Made by a program: the position numbers and the translations under genes. This document shows, piece after piece, positions 41,092 through 52,575 of a stretch of DNA of 64,000 bases (positions are counted from its first letter, which is position 1; every line of letters starts with the position of its first letter). The stretch lies in contig NC_092674.1 of the NCBI RefSeq assembly GCF_964355755.1, positions 7,316,001 to 7,380,000 on the forward strand, in the 5' to 3' direction. This DNA comes from Antedon mediterranea (lineage: Eukaryota > Animalia > Echinodermata). A model generated the notes under the pieces. It made no database searches. It was not told the DNA's origin and was given only the letters and a program-made list of their open reading frames with translations.

Positions 41092-43533
41092 TTAATGCAG
41101 CTTGGTCATTCTTGACGTCATCTGTTGATGACGTTGTACGCCTCCAGGTGTAGGTTGGAGGTTGTGCGGGGCTCGGCCAGGTGATGTGTCTATCAAATCA
41201 TTGTACAAATGCGAGAGTTCGTTGGCTCCAGTGTCCCAGTTCATGGTCTTCTCTTTATTTCTCCTTATATGTAATGATTCTCTAATCTGTCTGTCTTTGC
41301 GTTTAGGCTCTTTGGTTAAGATGGTAGCCTCCCAGTTCGGTACATGATTGTGTTTTATGACATGTTCTGTAATGGCAGATTTGTGTATGATCGAAGATGT
41401 GGATGTTCTGGAGGCCCTAGTCATTACTCCCCCCGTGTTTGTTGTAACATCTTTTTTGTGATCATTAATTCGTGTTTGTAATGCCCTCCCTGTTTCCCCA
41501 ATGTAAACTTGTGGACAGTTGCGGCAGGTGACTTCGTAGATTACTCCACATGTATCCATCTTCTCGATTTTATCTTTTGGGTGGACGAGGCTATTCTTGA
41601 TTTTATTTTGGGGTAGGAAATAGGTTCCGACATTGTGATAGGAGAGAGTGCGTCGTATTCTTTCTGCCATTCCTTTTACATAGGGGATTCCTATGCTACC
41701 TCGCATCTTGATCTTTTCCTTCTGTGGTTCGTGTCCTTTGTTCTTTTTCCTTTTTCGGTTTTCCATAACTCTCTGGAAGGACCACTCTGGATACTGGCAG
41801 TTGTGTAACGCTTTCTTGATGTTATCCATCTCAACTTTCCTCAAATCCATATCTCCCACTACCTTCTCAGCTCTGTCCACAAGCGTGTTTATAAGCCCCA
41901 GTTTGTGTTCGAGTGGATGATGTGAGTTGAAATGTAAATATTGGTCTGTGTGAGTGGGCTTCCGATAGACTGAGGTGGTAACTGTTCCATTGTCATTGAG
42001 TGTGATGAGCATGTCCAGGAAAGGTATTGTGTTGTTTGTCATCGATTCTGTGGTGAACTTGATATTGTCAGTTATATCGATGTTATTAAGATGTGTGTTA
42101 AATGTATGTACTGTACCTATGGGGATGATAGCTAATACATCATCAACGTATCGTTTCCAATACACAGGCTTGATGTTAGTGGGTGCCGTGTTTATGGCTT
42201 GATGTTCGAGCCACTCTAGATACAAGTTCGCCAATATAGGACTTATTGGGCTTCCCATAGCAATGCCTTGTATTTGCCTATAAATGTTACCATTGAACGA
42301 GAAATAGGTTTTGTTCACAATTAAACCGAGGAGCTCCATTATGTCTGTCACATGTAGTTTAGTTCTATCCAGAAGTGTCGGATCTGTTGTTAGGCGATTT
42401 TCGACAACTTTGAGGGCCTCTTCTACTGGTGTTTTTGTAAACAGAGATACTACGTCAAATGAGACAAATGTTTCACTTGGTTTGACTATTATTTCTTTTA
42501 GTTCACTCGCCAACTCTCCTGAGTAAGTTACATGATGTTCTGTGTTTCCGACAAGCGGACCCAGGATTTTGGTGAGGAATTGTGCAACGGTGTAAAAAAC
42601 GGTGTTGATGTTATCTACTATAGGTCTTAATGGCCAATTTGGTTTATGTATCTTCGGAAGACAATACAACCTAGGTACAATTTCAGCCGTGGGAAACAGC
42701 CATTCTTTCTCTCTGTAGTTGATTTTCTTTTCTTTGAACAACCTGCCTATGATGTTGACCACTTTTCGTTTATAGTTTTGTGTTGGATTACGTTTTAGCA
42801 GTTCGTAAACATTAGTGTCGCTCACCATGGTTCCCACTTTATCTTTGTAATCATTAGTATTTAGGATGACAGTAGATCTACCTTTATCCGCTGGGAGAAT
42901 AAGAATAGATTTATCTTTCTTCAAGTTGTTTATGGCCTTTCGTTCTTTGGGGGTTAAATTTGAAGGTGGTAGAGTGGTAGATTTTACAATAGCTACAATT
43001 TTACTGCGAACGGTGTCTTGTTCTTCCAGGGGGACGAGATCAGCCGCTTTTTCAGCCGCTACTATGAGATCGTCAATGGGCATGGATCGTGGGCTCGCCG
43101 CATAGTTCAATCCCCTTTGTAATGCTGATATTTCGTCCTCACTAACCAACTTACTAGACAGATTTACCACCCATTTTTCTCTTAAGATCTTACCGGATAA
43201 ATCCTGTTCTTGATGTAAATCTCTAGCTGCGTTTTCTGCTTTGTTTTTCCACCACAACAGTTTGTTTTGTTGTCGTGATCGGCATTTTAAGAATTCCGCT
43301 TCACACACTTTGTTTACGTGATTACATACATTGGTGATGTCCCCTCCGTTGGGAATTAGCGATACGATTTCCTCATTTAAATCTTTCTTTTTGCCTTCTA
43401 ACTGTGTGATTTTTTTGGTGGTGATTCTTATTCTCTCACGTAAAAGCTGTCTTTCTGCATGTTTTATTATTTCCTCTGCTTTAGACGATTTGATCGGTCG
43501 ATATAATTTCAGGCTCGGAGGGGTAATGTCCAA
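41092..43533 (-). CDS. PLE reverse transcriptase / GIY-YIG endonuclease (Penelope/Poseidon-like)
   Basis: ILPADKG, PRLYCLPKIHK, SFDVVSLFT, GIAMGSPISP, WKRYVDD, PFLD, VYRKPTHTDQYL, GVIYEVTCRNCPQVYIGETGR, RESLHI; frame stays open without ATG up to the 5' junction (~43578). Confidence 0.95.
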   Translation of the reverse strand: MDITPPSLKLYRPIKSSKAEEIIKHAERQLLRERIRITTKKITQLEGKKKDLNEEIVSLIPNGGDITNVCNHVNKVCEAEFLKCRSRQQNKLLWWKNKAENAARDLHQEQDLSGKILREKWVVNLSSKLVSEDEISALQRGLNYAASPRSMPIDDLIVAAEKAADLVPLEEQDTVRSKIVAIVKSTTLPPSNLTPKERKAINNLKKDKSILILPADKGRSTVILNTNDYKDKVGTMVSDTNVYELLKRNPTQNYKRKVVNIIGRLFKEKKINYREKEWLFPTAEIVPRLYCLPKIHKPNWPLRPIVDNINTVFYTVAQFLTKILGPLVGNTEHHVTYSGELASELKEIIVKPSETFVSFDVVSLFTKTPVEEALKVVENRLTTDPTLLDRTKLHVTDIMELLGLIVNKTYFSFNGNIYRQIQGIAMGSPISPILANLYLEWLEHQAINTAPTNIKPVYWKRYVDDVLAIIPIGTVHTFNTHLNNIDITDNIKFTTESMTNNTIPFLDMLITLNDNGTVTTSVYRKPTHTDQYLHFNSHHPLEHKLGLINTLVDRAEKVVGDMDLRKVEMDNIKKALHNCQYPEWSFQRVMENRKRKKNKGHEPQKEKIKMRGSIGIPYVKGMAERIRRTLSYHNVGTYFLPQNKIKNSLVHPKDKIEKMDTCGVIYEVTCRNCPQVYIGETGRALQTRINDHKKDVTTNTGGVMTRASRTSTSSIIHKSAITEHVIKHNHVPNWEATILTKEPKRKDRQIRESLHIRRNKEKTMNWDTGANELSHLYNDLIDTSPGRAPHNLQPTPGGVQRHQQMTSRMTKLH

Positions 43534-44136
43534 CCGCTTACAATGAAGGGAGAATACCCGGTGATTTCTCTGCCGTGATAATAATTAAACATAATAAATT
43601 AATAATTCCCATTAACATTACATTCATGTCTTGAAACTATACCAAAACAATTTCATGCAACAGCAGCATAACAGCTGTTTAAAACAAAAGAACTTGAGGT
43701 TTTATCCTTGGCTACCACTGGCAGGTTGTAGAGGTTAAGTATTGCAATCACACTAATAACTACAGCTTTAATAAAGGAACATATCTGTAGGCCTACAAGT
43801 TAGAATTTTTTCAAAACACAAAAACAAGTGATGATACAAACTTATGACATAACAGGACATTCAATTTCTTAACAACATCATCAGGCTTATTATTTGATGA
43901 CAACAACCGTAATTAAATAATCAATCAATTAAAAACAACATTTTAACTTATCCTGTTACCTTGGAGCCTTCCTTTCATTGACAATCATGATTTCAATTAT
44001 TCTGATAAATTCATACATTAAATTAATGTGTAATCCTTGTTAAATTTAATTATTGATAGTGATATTTAAAAATAATATAAATATTTTGTTGTTAAATGAC
44101 TTCTCAACTCAATATCCTGCCAATAGCTTTATTGTA

Positions 44137-44280
44137 GGCTCTGTCTACACTATCAAAGTTTATGTGACAACAAAATGTGATGTGCCCATACTGTGTAGAC
44201 ATGATTTGAGCATATCAATACCACTTTTGGCACATCACGCCTTTTTTTTGGTCAAACTAGTTTGATAGTGTAGAAAGAGC
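44137..44280 (+). mobile_element. MITE family A copy
   Basis: GGCTCTGTCTACACTATCAAAG ... AGTTTGATAGTGTAGAAAGAGC. Confidence 0.85.
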
Positions 44281-44879
44281 ATTTAGGTTCTTCGCATCCA
44301 GATTTGAATTGTAGAACTGTAGTTCTTTTGAATATCACCTGGTACATATGTTTCTATATATATAAAGGCACGACGTACAACAAACGCTCTCTCATTAGGA
44401 TCACAAGTGTCCGTCTATTCATTACAGTGGGGAAGTACAAGTATTTTGAAATAACAACTTTTATGCTTAGAAAATTGAGAAAACTTAATCTAAATGGTCA
44501 ATTTAATATTTATAAACAATTCTGAGGATAGTACTAGGCCTAGTAGCTGTTGTATTTGTGGATTTTTTTTCCTTGTTTTTTTTCCTTGTAGATATCCTAT
44601 TCATATGGTTGAATTAACAATTTACAGGTATTTCCTTAGACATTATTATAATAACAACATAATAAACAATAAAGTGTTAAATATCATAGCATTTAGTATT
44701 AAACTAATTCATGCGTGTTCAATGAAAACAGAATGATAATAATTTGTAGGCTGTGCATGAACATTTGATGCATACCTGTACTATCACTAATACAAGTTCA
44801 AGAATTGAAGTGTTTTACTGTAATCATAATGTGTATGTACTGTAGCTTTATTCTTTATGGCAGTTATAAAATATATGGC

Positions 44880-45053
44880 CAGGGAATAATTTCGCCAGTG
44901 TAGCATAGCAAAAAGCTATACAAAACAACCTTTTTGCTACACATTTCTACAATTGTGTAGCAAAAAATACAATACAAAACTATGTTTCTTGATTAAAAAA
45001 TCAGTTTGATAGCAATTTTGCTAAACAAAATTTTCAAATCAAATTTTTCCCTG
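44880..45053. mobile_element. Small TIR element with apparent 5-bp TSD
   Basis: ATGGC|CAGGGAATAATTT ... AAATTTTTCCCTG|ATGGC; internal TAGCAAAA/TTTTGCTA motifs. Confidence 0.55.
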
Positions 45054-45939
45054 ATGGCAGATACAAAATGTCATTTTGTAGGTTAATCAGTGGATCCAGG
45101 GAGCGTAGGACTATGGGAGACGCTCTTCCTATTATTTGGAAGCTACAGTACAATGAAATTACAGCACAATTACTATTTTAAAATCTATTTGATAGGGAGG
45201 TTTACATCAATGGGCGAGTAAGACCATGTTGAGTAAAGCCAGCCGGCCTAACCTTTGATGAATAAAGTCGATGGCTAGTACATTATAAATATAACTGATG
45301 GACAAAATTATTAGACACTGTCCCAATATTGACAATAGCAATGCTCAATCAATTGCGTCATCCACTCTAGACTAATAACTATTATTACACAGTGAGTATA
45401 CATAACAAAATAAATGCATGGCTGAGTTTTGGCTCAAGACAACAATAGTAACCCTTTTTATTAATGGAAATACATAATCCATGGGGTTTGGGGACACCCA
45501 CTTGACAACAAGTGGCCACTGAATCTCTTTAATAGTCTGAAAAAATAATTACCATACCAGGCAGGCATCCTATTCCTAGCTTGCCCTTGACATTCAATAA
45601 GGAGAAGAGACTGCAATTCAAACAATTATTTCAACTCAAAACAAATAGTATAATACTACGAGTTTAGTTTAAAATCAATATTGATACAATTAATAAAAAC
45701 TGTTATATACTATTAATAATTAATAGGCATAGCTAAATCAGACTTTCCATTTGTGTGTTGGGTGAATTTCGATCAAAGATCAGAACACTGAATTTTATGT
45801 TGATGATGATTGTGTGCCACCCATTGAAATTGAAAAGGCGCGCTGTCGAACACTCACTCCCAACAACAGGTGTAAAATCAAGCTTTCGGTTCATGTCAGT
45901 TACAATACAGTTTACCAAGTTACACATTACACAACTTAC

Positions 45940-46090
45940 CTTACGTCTTGGTAAACGAATATTCTCCTTTCTAATAATTTTGATAGATTTTAGGCTCCGA
46001 AAACAGTGATTTTAAGGTGTAGCCTTCTCATCCTCTCGCAGACCGTGGTCTCATGGGTAGTGTTGATTCATTCATTCTGTATCTGTGAAT
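45940..46090 (-). other. Candidate non-coding first exon
   Basis: Consensus donor AAG|GTAAGT (intron starts 45939); no ATG-initiated frame reaches it; CpG-enriched; 5' boundary approximate. Confidence 0.35.
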
Positions 46091-46364
46091 AGCGCCACCA
46101 ATATGTATATTGTTTTCGCAGACAACATTGGGTTTCCATGTGAAGTTGACCTTCTAAATATACTGTAGTAGCCTACACAGTAGACCTATTCTCAAAGTCA
46201 GATAATGCATTATCATTTCACAGTTTGATAACATGGAGATAAAATAAATAAGTCAAGGCTATAAGTTGGGCAAATTTTACAATATCTGCATAATATATAA
46301 TATGACGTAAGTCGTATGATGACAAGATAAGATTCTAAATTTAAATTACTACTGGGGGCCCGGA

Positions 46365-48122
46365 CAGGGGTGGCGCCAGGATCTTCCCGACGCGGGGGCT
46401 ACATTCCCCGACGAGGGGGCTATGCGAGCGAAGCGAGCATCACAAGGCTGGGGGCCAGGGGGCCGCCAAGGGCCCCCGGTGGGGGTCCAGGGGGCGAAGC
46501 CCCCGGAAGCAACGCGTTCTAGCGTCATTTGAGGTCATTTTAATCAGATTTAGGGTAGCCATTTTTTCCATTTTTTATAATGCATAAGTAAAATACTGCG
46601 TGCAAAAAAACGATGCGCGATTACTGTTTCAATCCATATTTTTCAATTTAAAAAATAAAAGTTCAAAGAAAATTTAGAAAAATAGAGTTGGAGGTCCTGG
46701 AAATTGGACTTATTATACTTCAAAACATGAAACAAAATATATAAGTCCCTATCATGGTTGTGACTGAGCTAAGAAATGTTTGAAAAATAGAGATGTTAGG
46801 TCCCGGAAAATGCACTTCTTGTACTTCGAAATATGACCAGCTTTATTGTTGGGGCTGAGCTAAGAAAATGTTTAAAACTAGAGCTGCAGGTCTTCAAAAA
46901 ATTGCATTTTATACTTTGGAAACATCAGGCCCAGAGGCTTAAAAAACGCAAGCGTAGACCTTTTTCAGTCGGGGAAATTTTGCGAAAATGGCATGTTTTT
47001 TTGTTTAGTAATGGATGAAATATTTATTTTAGGTGGCCCACGGTACAGAAGGTTACTTGTAAATTAAAAAATTGGTGAACATATTTTTTTTTGCTGTAGT
47101 GTAGCGTACGTCGACACAGTACACGACGTAACCGTCGGTAAACTTCGCCTGGAAAATAACTACAGTACACATTTTGATATATCACGACCCAACGTTGAAC
47201 GATTCGTACAAAGGGATACCGCCAGACAAGTGCGTACCTATAGCTATTGTTTAGTATTAAGTTAGATCGCTGGCAATAATGAATGCATATAAAGTGCATA
47301 ATATCACTCTGACGTACTCTCACGGTCAATGAAACGTCGAGGTTTTCTAGGCGCTGAAGCTACGAAGTGAACGCGAACGAATTATATTCCCCGACAAAAA
47401 GTACCCGAACCGTCGGTAAACTTCGCCTGGAAAATAACTACATTACACATTTTGGTCCCTGGATGGAACTTGATATCACGCGTCTCGACCCAACGTTGAA
47501 CGATTCGTACAAAGGGATACCGCCAGACAAGTGCGTACCTAGCTAATGTTTAGTAGTAAGTTAGATCGCTGGCAATAATGAATGCATATAAATTGCATAA
47601 TAGCACTCTGACGTACTATCACGGTCAATGAGACGTCGCGGTTTTCTAGGCGCTGAAACTACCAAGTGAACGCGAACGTTTTTTACTGTATATTATATTC
47701 CCCGACAAAAAGTACCCGTGTTCCCTTCGGTAACCGTCGGTAAACTTCGCCTGGAAAATAACTACATTACACATTTTGGTCCCTGGATGGAACATGATAT
47801 CACGCGTCTCGACCCAACGGTAAACGATTCGTACAAAGGGATACCGCCAAACAAGTGCGTACTAGCTATTGTTTAGTAGTTAGATCTCTGGCAATAATGA
47901 ATGCATAAAAGTGCATAAAAGCCCTCTGACGTACTCTCACGGTCAATGGAACGTCGTGGTTTTCTAGGCGCTGAAGCTATATGAAGTGAACGCGAACGTT
48001 TTTTACTGTATGTTATATTCCCCGACAAAAAGTACCCGTGTTCCCCGACGGGGGGCTAGGCTCCCCGACGAGGGGGCTAGAGCCCCCGTAGCCCCCCCCC
48101 CCCCCCGCTGGCGCCACCACTG
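46365..48122. mobile_element. Non-autonomous hAT element, 1758 bp
   Basis: TIRs CAGGGGTGGCGCCAG / CTGGCGCCACCACTG; exact 8-bp TSD GGCCCGGA (46357-46364, 48123-48130); subterminal TCCCCGACG.GGGGGCTA repeats; no transposase. Confidence 0.92.
47130..48045. repeat. ~300-bp unit triplicated inside the hAT element
   Basis: AACCGTCGGTAAACTTCGCCTGGAAAATAACTACA starts units at ~47130, 47408, 47732. Confidence 0.9.
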
Positions 48123-48677
48123 GGCCCGGATAATAACACTAATGGGGTCCCTGTGAAGTATAGGACTGGTTGTTTTATTGTTGAGATAAAATCTAATTAA
48201 AAGCAGGGAAGGGTGAACTTTTCCCTGTTTAACACTCTTCCCTGTTTAAAGCACAAAAAAAAGTTGAAGTTCATTTTATCAAATAATGGTTAATAACAAG
48301 ACCTAAAGTAGCAGATGAATAAGGATTAAACATTAGATTAAATTCTGACGAAACATTTTCTTGAATGCTGAACATCACAATGCTTGATGAAAAACTGCAT
48401 TTAGTTTAAACATGAACTGAAGGGAGAGAAAGAGAGGTCACAAAAATCATCGGTGGATAACATAGATGTGGCTACCTGTTTTATAGCTGCTATTACGTTT
48501 TCTATTCTCTTCATTTTTTCTACAGACTTAATAAGTAGCCTATATTGTATGAATGTACTCGTGTTTAACTTGGTTATCGTATTGAGGTCAAGATAAATTT
48601 AAAAAGTGGAAGCCTTATTTATTTTTTGTTATCTATTTTAAAAGAAATTGTTTGTAAGCAATAATTGTACCTGAGTT

Positions 48678-49702
48678 GAAGACTTCAATACGCTCTTTGG
48701 CGTTCATTTAGTTTCTCCTCAGTGCTTGGAAGACTTCAATACGCTCTTTGGCGTTAATTTAGTTTCTCCTCAGTGCTTGGAAGACTTCAATACGCTCTTT
48801 GGCGTTCATTTAGTTTCTCCCCAGTGCTTGGAAGACTTCAATACGCTCTTTGGCGTTCATTTATAGTTTCTCCTCAGTGCTTGGAAGACTTCAATACGCT
48901 CTTTGGCGTTCATTTAGTTTCTCCTCAGTGCTTGGAAGACTTCAATACGCTCTTTGGCGTTCATTTAGTTTCTCCTCAGTGCTCCGAAGACTTCAATACG
49001 CTCTTTGGCGTTCATTTAGTTTCTCCTCAGTGCTCCGAAGACTTCAATACGCTCTTTGGCGTTCATTTAGTTTCTCCTCAGTGCTTGGAAGACTTCAATA
49101 CGCTCTTTGGCGTTCATTTAGTTTCTCCTCAGTGCTTGGAAGACTTCAATACGCTCTTTGGCGTTCATTTAGTTTCTCCTCAGTGCTCCGAAGACTTCAA
49201 TACGCTCTTTGGCGTTCATTTAGTTTCTCCTCAGTGCTCCGAAGACTTCAATACGCTCTTTGGCGTTCATTTAGTTTCTCCTCAGTGCTCCGAAGACTTC
49301 AATACGCTCTTTGGCGTTCATTTAGTTTCTCCTCAGTGCTCCGAAGACTTCAATACGCTCTTTGGCGTTCATTTAGTTTCTCCTCAGTGCTCCGAAGACT
49401 TCAATACGCTCTTTGGCGTTCATTTAGTTTCTCCTCAGTGCTCCGAAGACTTCAATACGCTCTTTGGCGTTCATTTAGTTTCTCCTCAGTGCTTGGAAGA
49501 CTTCAATACGCTCTTTGGCGTTCATTTAGTTTCTCCTCAGTGCTCCGAAGACTTCAATACGCTCTTTGGCGTTCATTTAGTTTCTCCCCAGTGCTTGGAA
49601 GACTTCAATTCGCTCTTTGGCGTTCATTTAGTTTCTCCTCAGTGCTTGGAAGACTTCAATACGCTCTTTGGCGTTCATTTAGTTTCTCCTCAGTGCTTGG
49701 AA
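48678..49702. repeat. 51-bp homogeneous tandem array, ~20 units
   Basis: GAAGACTTCAATACGCTCTTTGGCGTTCATTTAGTTTCTCCTCAGTGCT(TG/CC). Confidence 0.97.
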
Positions 49703-49791
49703 ACTTTTATTTTTCCATGTTTGTATGACTTGAAGAAGGAATACGAGAAAATGAAAATCTCAACTTACATAAAAGTTCATAATCAAATCGC

Positions 49792-50868
49792 GTAGATGAA
49801 TATTGAACGGCAGTGTATTCTGTTCCGTAAAACGGAACGAGTGTGAAATTACTTTAATATTGATAGGCAAATCGTACAAAAGAATTGAACGGCAGTGTAT
49901 TCCGTTCCGTGAAACGGAAGAGTGTGGAAGTAGCCATGGTGATAGGCAAATCGTATAGATGAATTGAACAGTGTATCCGTTCCGTGAAACGGAACAAGTG
50001 TTAAAGTAGCTTTCAAAATCGAAGATGAATTGAACGGCAGTGTATTCCGTGTGAAACGGAACAAGTTTGAAAGTAGCTTTAGGCCCAATGTTCATAGGCA
50101 AATCGTATAGATGTTGAACGGCAGTGTATTCCGTTCCGTAAAACGGAAAAAGTGTGAAAGTAGCTTTAATGTTCATAAGCAAATCGTATGAACGGCAGCG
50201 TATTCCGTTCCGTAAAACTGAACAAGTGTGAAAGCAGCTTTAATTTGGATAGGAAAATCGTATAGATGAATTAACTGCAGTGTATTCCGTTCCGTGAAAC
50301 GGAACGAGTATAAAAGTAGCTTAATGTTGATAGGCAAATCCTATAGATGAATCAACAGCAGTGTATTCCGTTCCGTGAAACGGAACGAGTATGAAAGTAG
50401 CTTAATGTTGATAAATCCTATAGATAAATCAACAGTAGTGTATTCCGTTTCGTGAAATGGAACAAGTGTGAAAGTAGCCGCTTAATGTTGATAGGCAAAT
50501 CGTATAGATAAATTGTAGGCTATGGCAGTGTATTCCGTTCCGTATAACTGAAAAAGTGTGAATGCAGCTTTAATGTTCAAAGGCAAATCCTAATGAACGA
50601 CAGTGTATTCCGTCCCGTGAAACGGAACAAGTGTGAAAGTAGCTTTATGTTGATAGGCAATTGTATAGATGAATTGAACAACAGCGTATTCCGTTCCGTG
50701 AAACAGAACGAGTGTGAAGGAGCTTTAATTTGATAGGCAATCGTATAGATGAATTAAGCGCCAGTGTATTCCGTTCCGTGAAACGGTCGGAACAAGTGTT
50801 GAACGTAGCTTTAATGTTGAAGAAAGGCAAATCGTACAAATGAATTGAGCGGCAGTGTATTCCGTGTG
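49792..50868. repeat. ~80-bp diverged tandem array, 13-14 units
   Basis: TAGATGAATTGAACGGCAGTGTATTCCGTTCCGTGAAACGGAACAAGTGTGAAAGTAGCTTTAATGTTGATAGGCAAATCG. Confidence 0.92.
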
Positions 50869-51064
50869 AATAGTTGTTGATAGCCAAAAGTGTACATATT
50901 ATTAAAACATTTTCTTTTTAGTTCAAATTTTTAATCCGGAATAGTATAAAATTGTGATTAAATACAATAATAATAATAATTGACGAAAAAGACAAATATA
51001 CAATAATTTAATTTACAATAACATAAATTAATTTACATAAACAGTTTAATTATCTGTAGTTTAA

Positions 51065-51460
51065 AGATGTATTGTCATCGGAAAACGAAAAATTGATTAT
51101 AAAACATATAACTCTCTAATTTACGTATAAACCTGTCTGAACATATACTGTAAATCAGTAATAAATCAACACTGTACCCATGTGAGCCAGATAAGGAACT
51201 GTTTTTGTTCGTCACAAAATATCTTTTTTTTTTAAATGAATACATCTTTAATCGGGATATACAGGGGTCAATATTCTCTAAATGGGCTAATATAGTTTGA
51301 CAATAGGTAACTGTAATTTGTGGTACTACATCATTCATACTATACTGTAGTATAATTATTTACAGATGGATAAAATCTGCTAGGCCTACTACTAGACATT
51401 TTTACATGTAAAAACGTTCAATTTGTATTATTTTAGTCATTTTTAGAGAACAATACATCT
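51065..51460. mobile_element. Kolobok-like non-autonomous element
   Basis: TTAA|AGATGTATTGT ... ACAATACATCT|TTAA; same termini as 34043-34532. Confidence 0.72.
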
Positions 51461-51559
51461 TTAAATTGACAGTAAGGCCTGGTTACACTACACAATATAA
51501 TATATAATTATTTGTACAATAATTGCTCATTTTGCAGAATTTACGAAGTTACTACCATA

Positions 51560-51679
51560 ACCTGCAAATTTGGTGAACATTTTGCCTCGAATTTTTTGTA
51601 GCCTGAGGCAAAAGTTAATTGGGCCACGCGAACGGAAATCGGGAATAAGCTGGTATTTTCAACCCCTACAAACAGGCCC
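51560..51679 (+). mobile_element. Right-end fragment of the 63026-63749 Harbinger-like element, inside a MITE A remnant (to 51736)
   Basis: Near-identical to 63630-63749; flanked ATA/ATA within CTACC-ATA-TTTGGGTACATCAC. Confidence 0.85.
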
Positions 51680-51789
51680 ATATTTGGGTACATCACACTT
51701 CTTTATCACATAAAGTTTGATAGTGTATACAGAGCTTTATGGAAAGTCCCTATTGTGGACAACAGCACACCCACAACGGCTCCTATTTT

Positions 51790-52000
51790 GGACAGAAACA
51801 AATTACTATAATGGACAGACATTTAAACAACATTTTAATCACCAGAAGGGAAGCAAAGATGAGGAAAGCTTCAACCACATGGAGATGGATGGTGGAAAAA
51901 GAAGTAGAGGCTAATGAACAGAATGTACAGTAGCTAGAGCGACTGCAGGCAACAGGGACAGGTGGAGGCATCTGCTGAGACCTTATGGATATATGAAGCT
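51790..52000 (+). mobile_element. Decayed 3' end of an RTE-clade LINE
   Basis: Broken frames give KMRKASTTWRWMVEKEVE..LERL..NRDRWRHLL, like the RTE C-terminal RGRPxTTWRRxVE..DRxxWR motif. Confidence 0.55.
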
Positions 52001-52431
52001 AAGCAGTTAGAATGGAAGGAATCACTGTACAAAATAATGTAGTACAAATAGGCCTTTCAAGTTAAAACTTTTATGAATAAAAAGACGGATCACCTTAAAA
52101 AACATTACTAGATATGTATATTATAACAACAATTATAAAATAACAATATTTAAAAATAATATATTTTAATAACAATATATTGTGTGCATGGGGCAAAGTA
52201 GTGGAACTGCGGTTTGGTAGTTGATTGCTTATTATCTGCAAGAGGTCTTGGGTTCAAATCCAGTGGTCGTATTCGGCAATCACACATGGGTGAGATAAAT
52301 CCATTTTTTAAAACAGTGCAAGACTTATGAGAGTCCTGTATTTTGTTAAGTATCTGTATCTCTAATAATCCTTTCACATCGCTTAGCAAAACTCTACTGC
52401 TTCAACATATGCATTTGTATGGTGTGTATAA

Positions 52432-52575
52432 AGCTCTGTCTACACAATCAAACTTTAGGTGGAAAAAAATGTGATGTGTCCATATATAGGCACAGAGTCA
52501 TATCAGTACCATATTTGGTCATATCATTATTACTTTTTTTGGTCAAAATAGTTTGATAGTGTAGACGAGAGAGCT
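52432..52575 (+). mobile_element. MITE family A copy
   Basis: TAA|AGCTCTGTCTACAC ... GAGAGCT|TAA (3-bp TAA TSD). Confidence 0.85.

Larger units (their letters stand above)
40958..43580 (-). mobile_element. Penelope-like retroelement, 5'-truncated
   Basis: RT + GIY-YIG ORF, short 3' tail with hammerhead-like motif, 9-bp TSD ATAATTAAA (40949-40957, 43581-43589). Confidence 0.93.

Noticed and set aside
41162-43546. Plus-strand ORFs inside the PLE
   Set aside because: Antisense shadows of the RT ORF.
48773-49795. 340 aa and 292 aa repeat ORFs
   Set aside because: By-product of a 51-bp unit; alternative starts only, no splice context or domain.
52190-52270. tRNA gene (B-box GGTTCAAATCC; similar at ~13205-13255 and ~14700-14760)
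   Set aside because: No cloverleaf; at most decayed tRNA-derived SINE heads.
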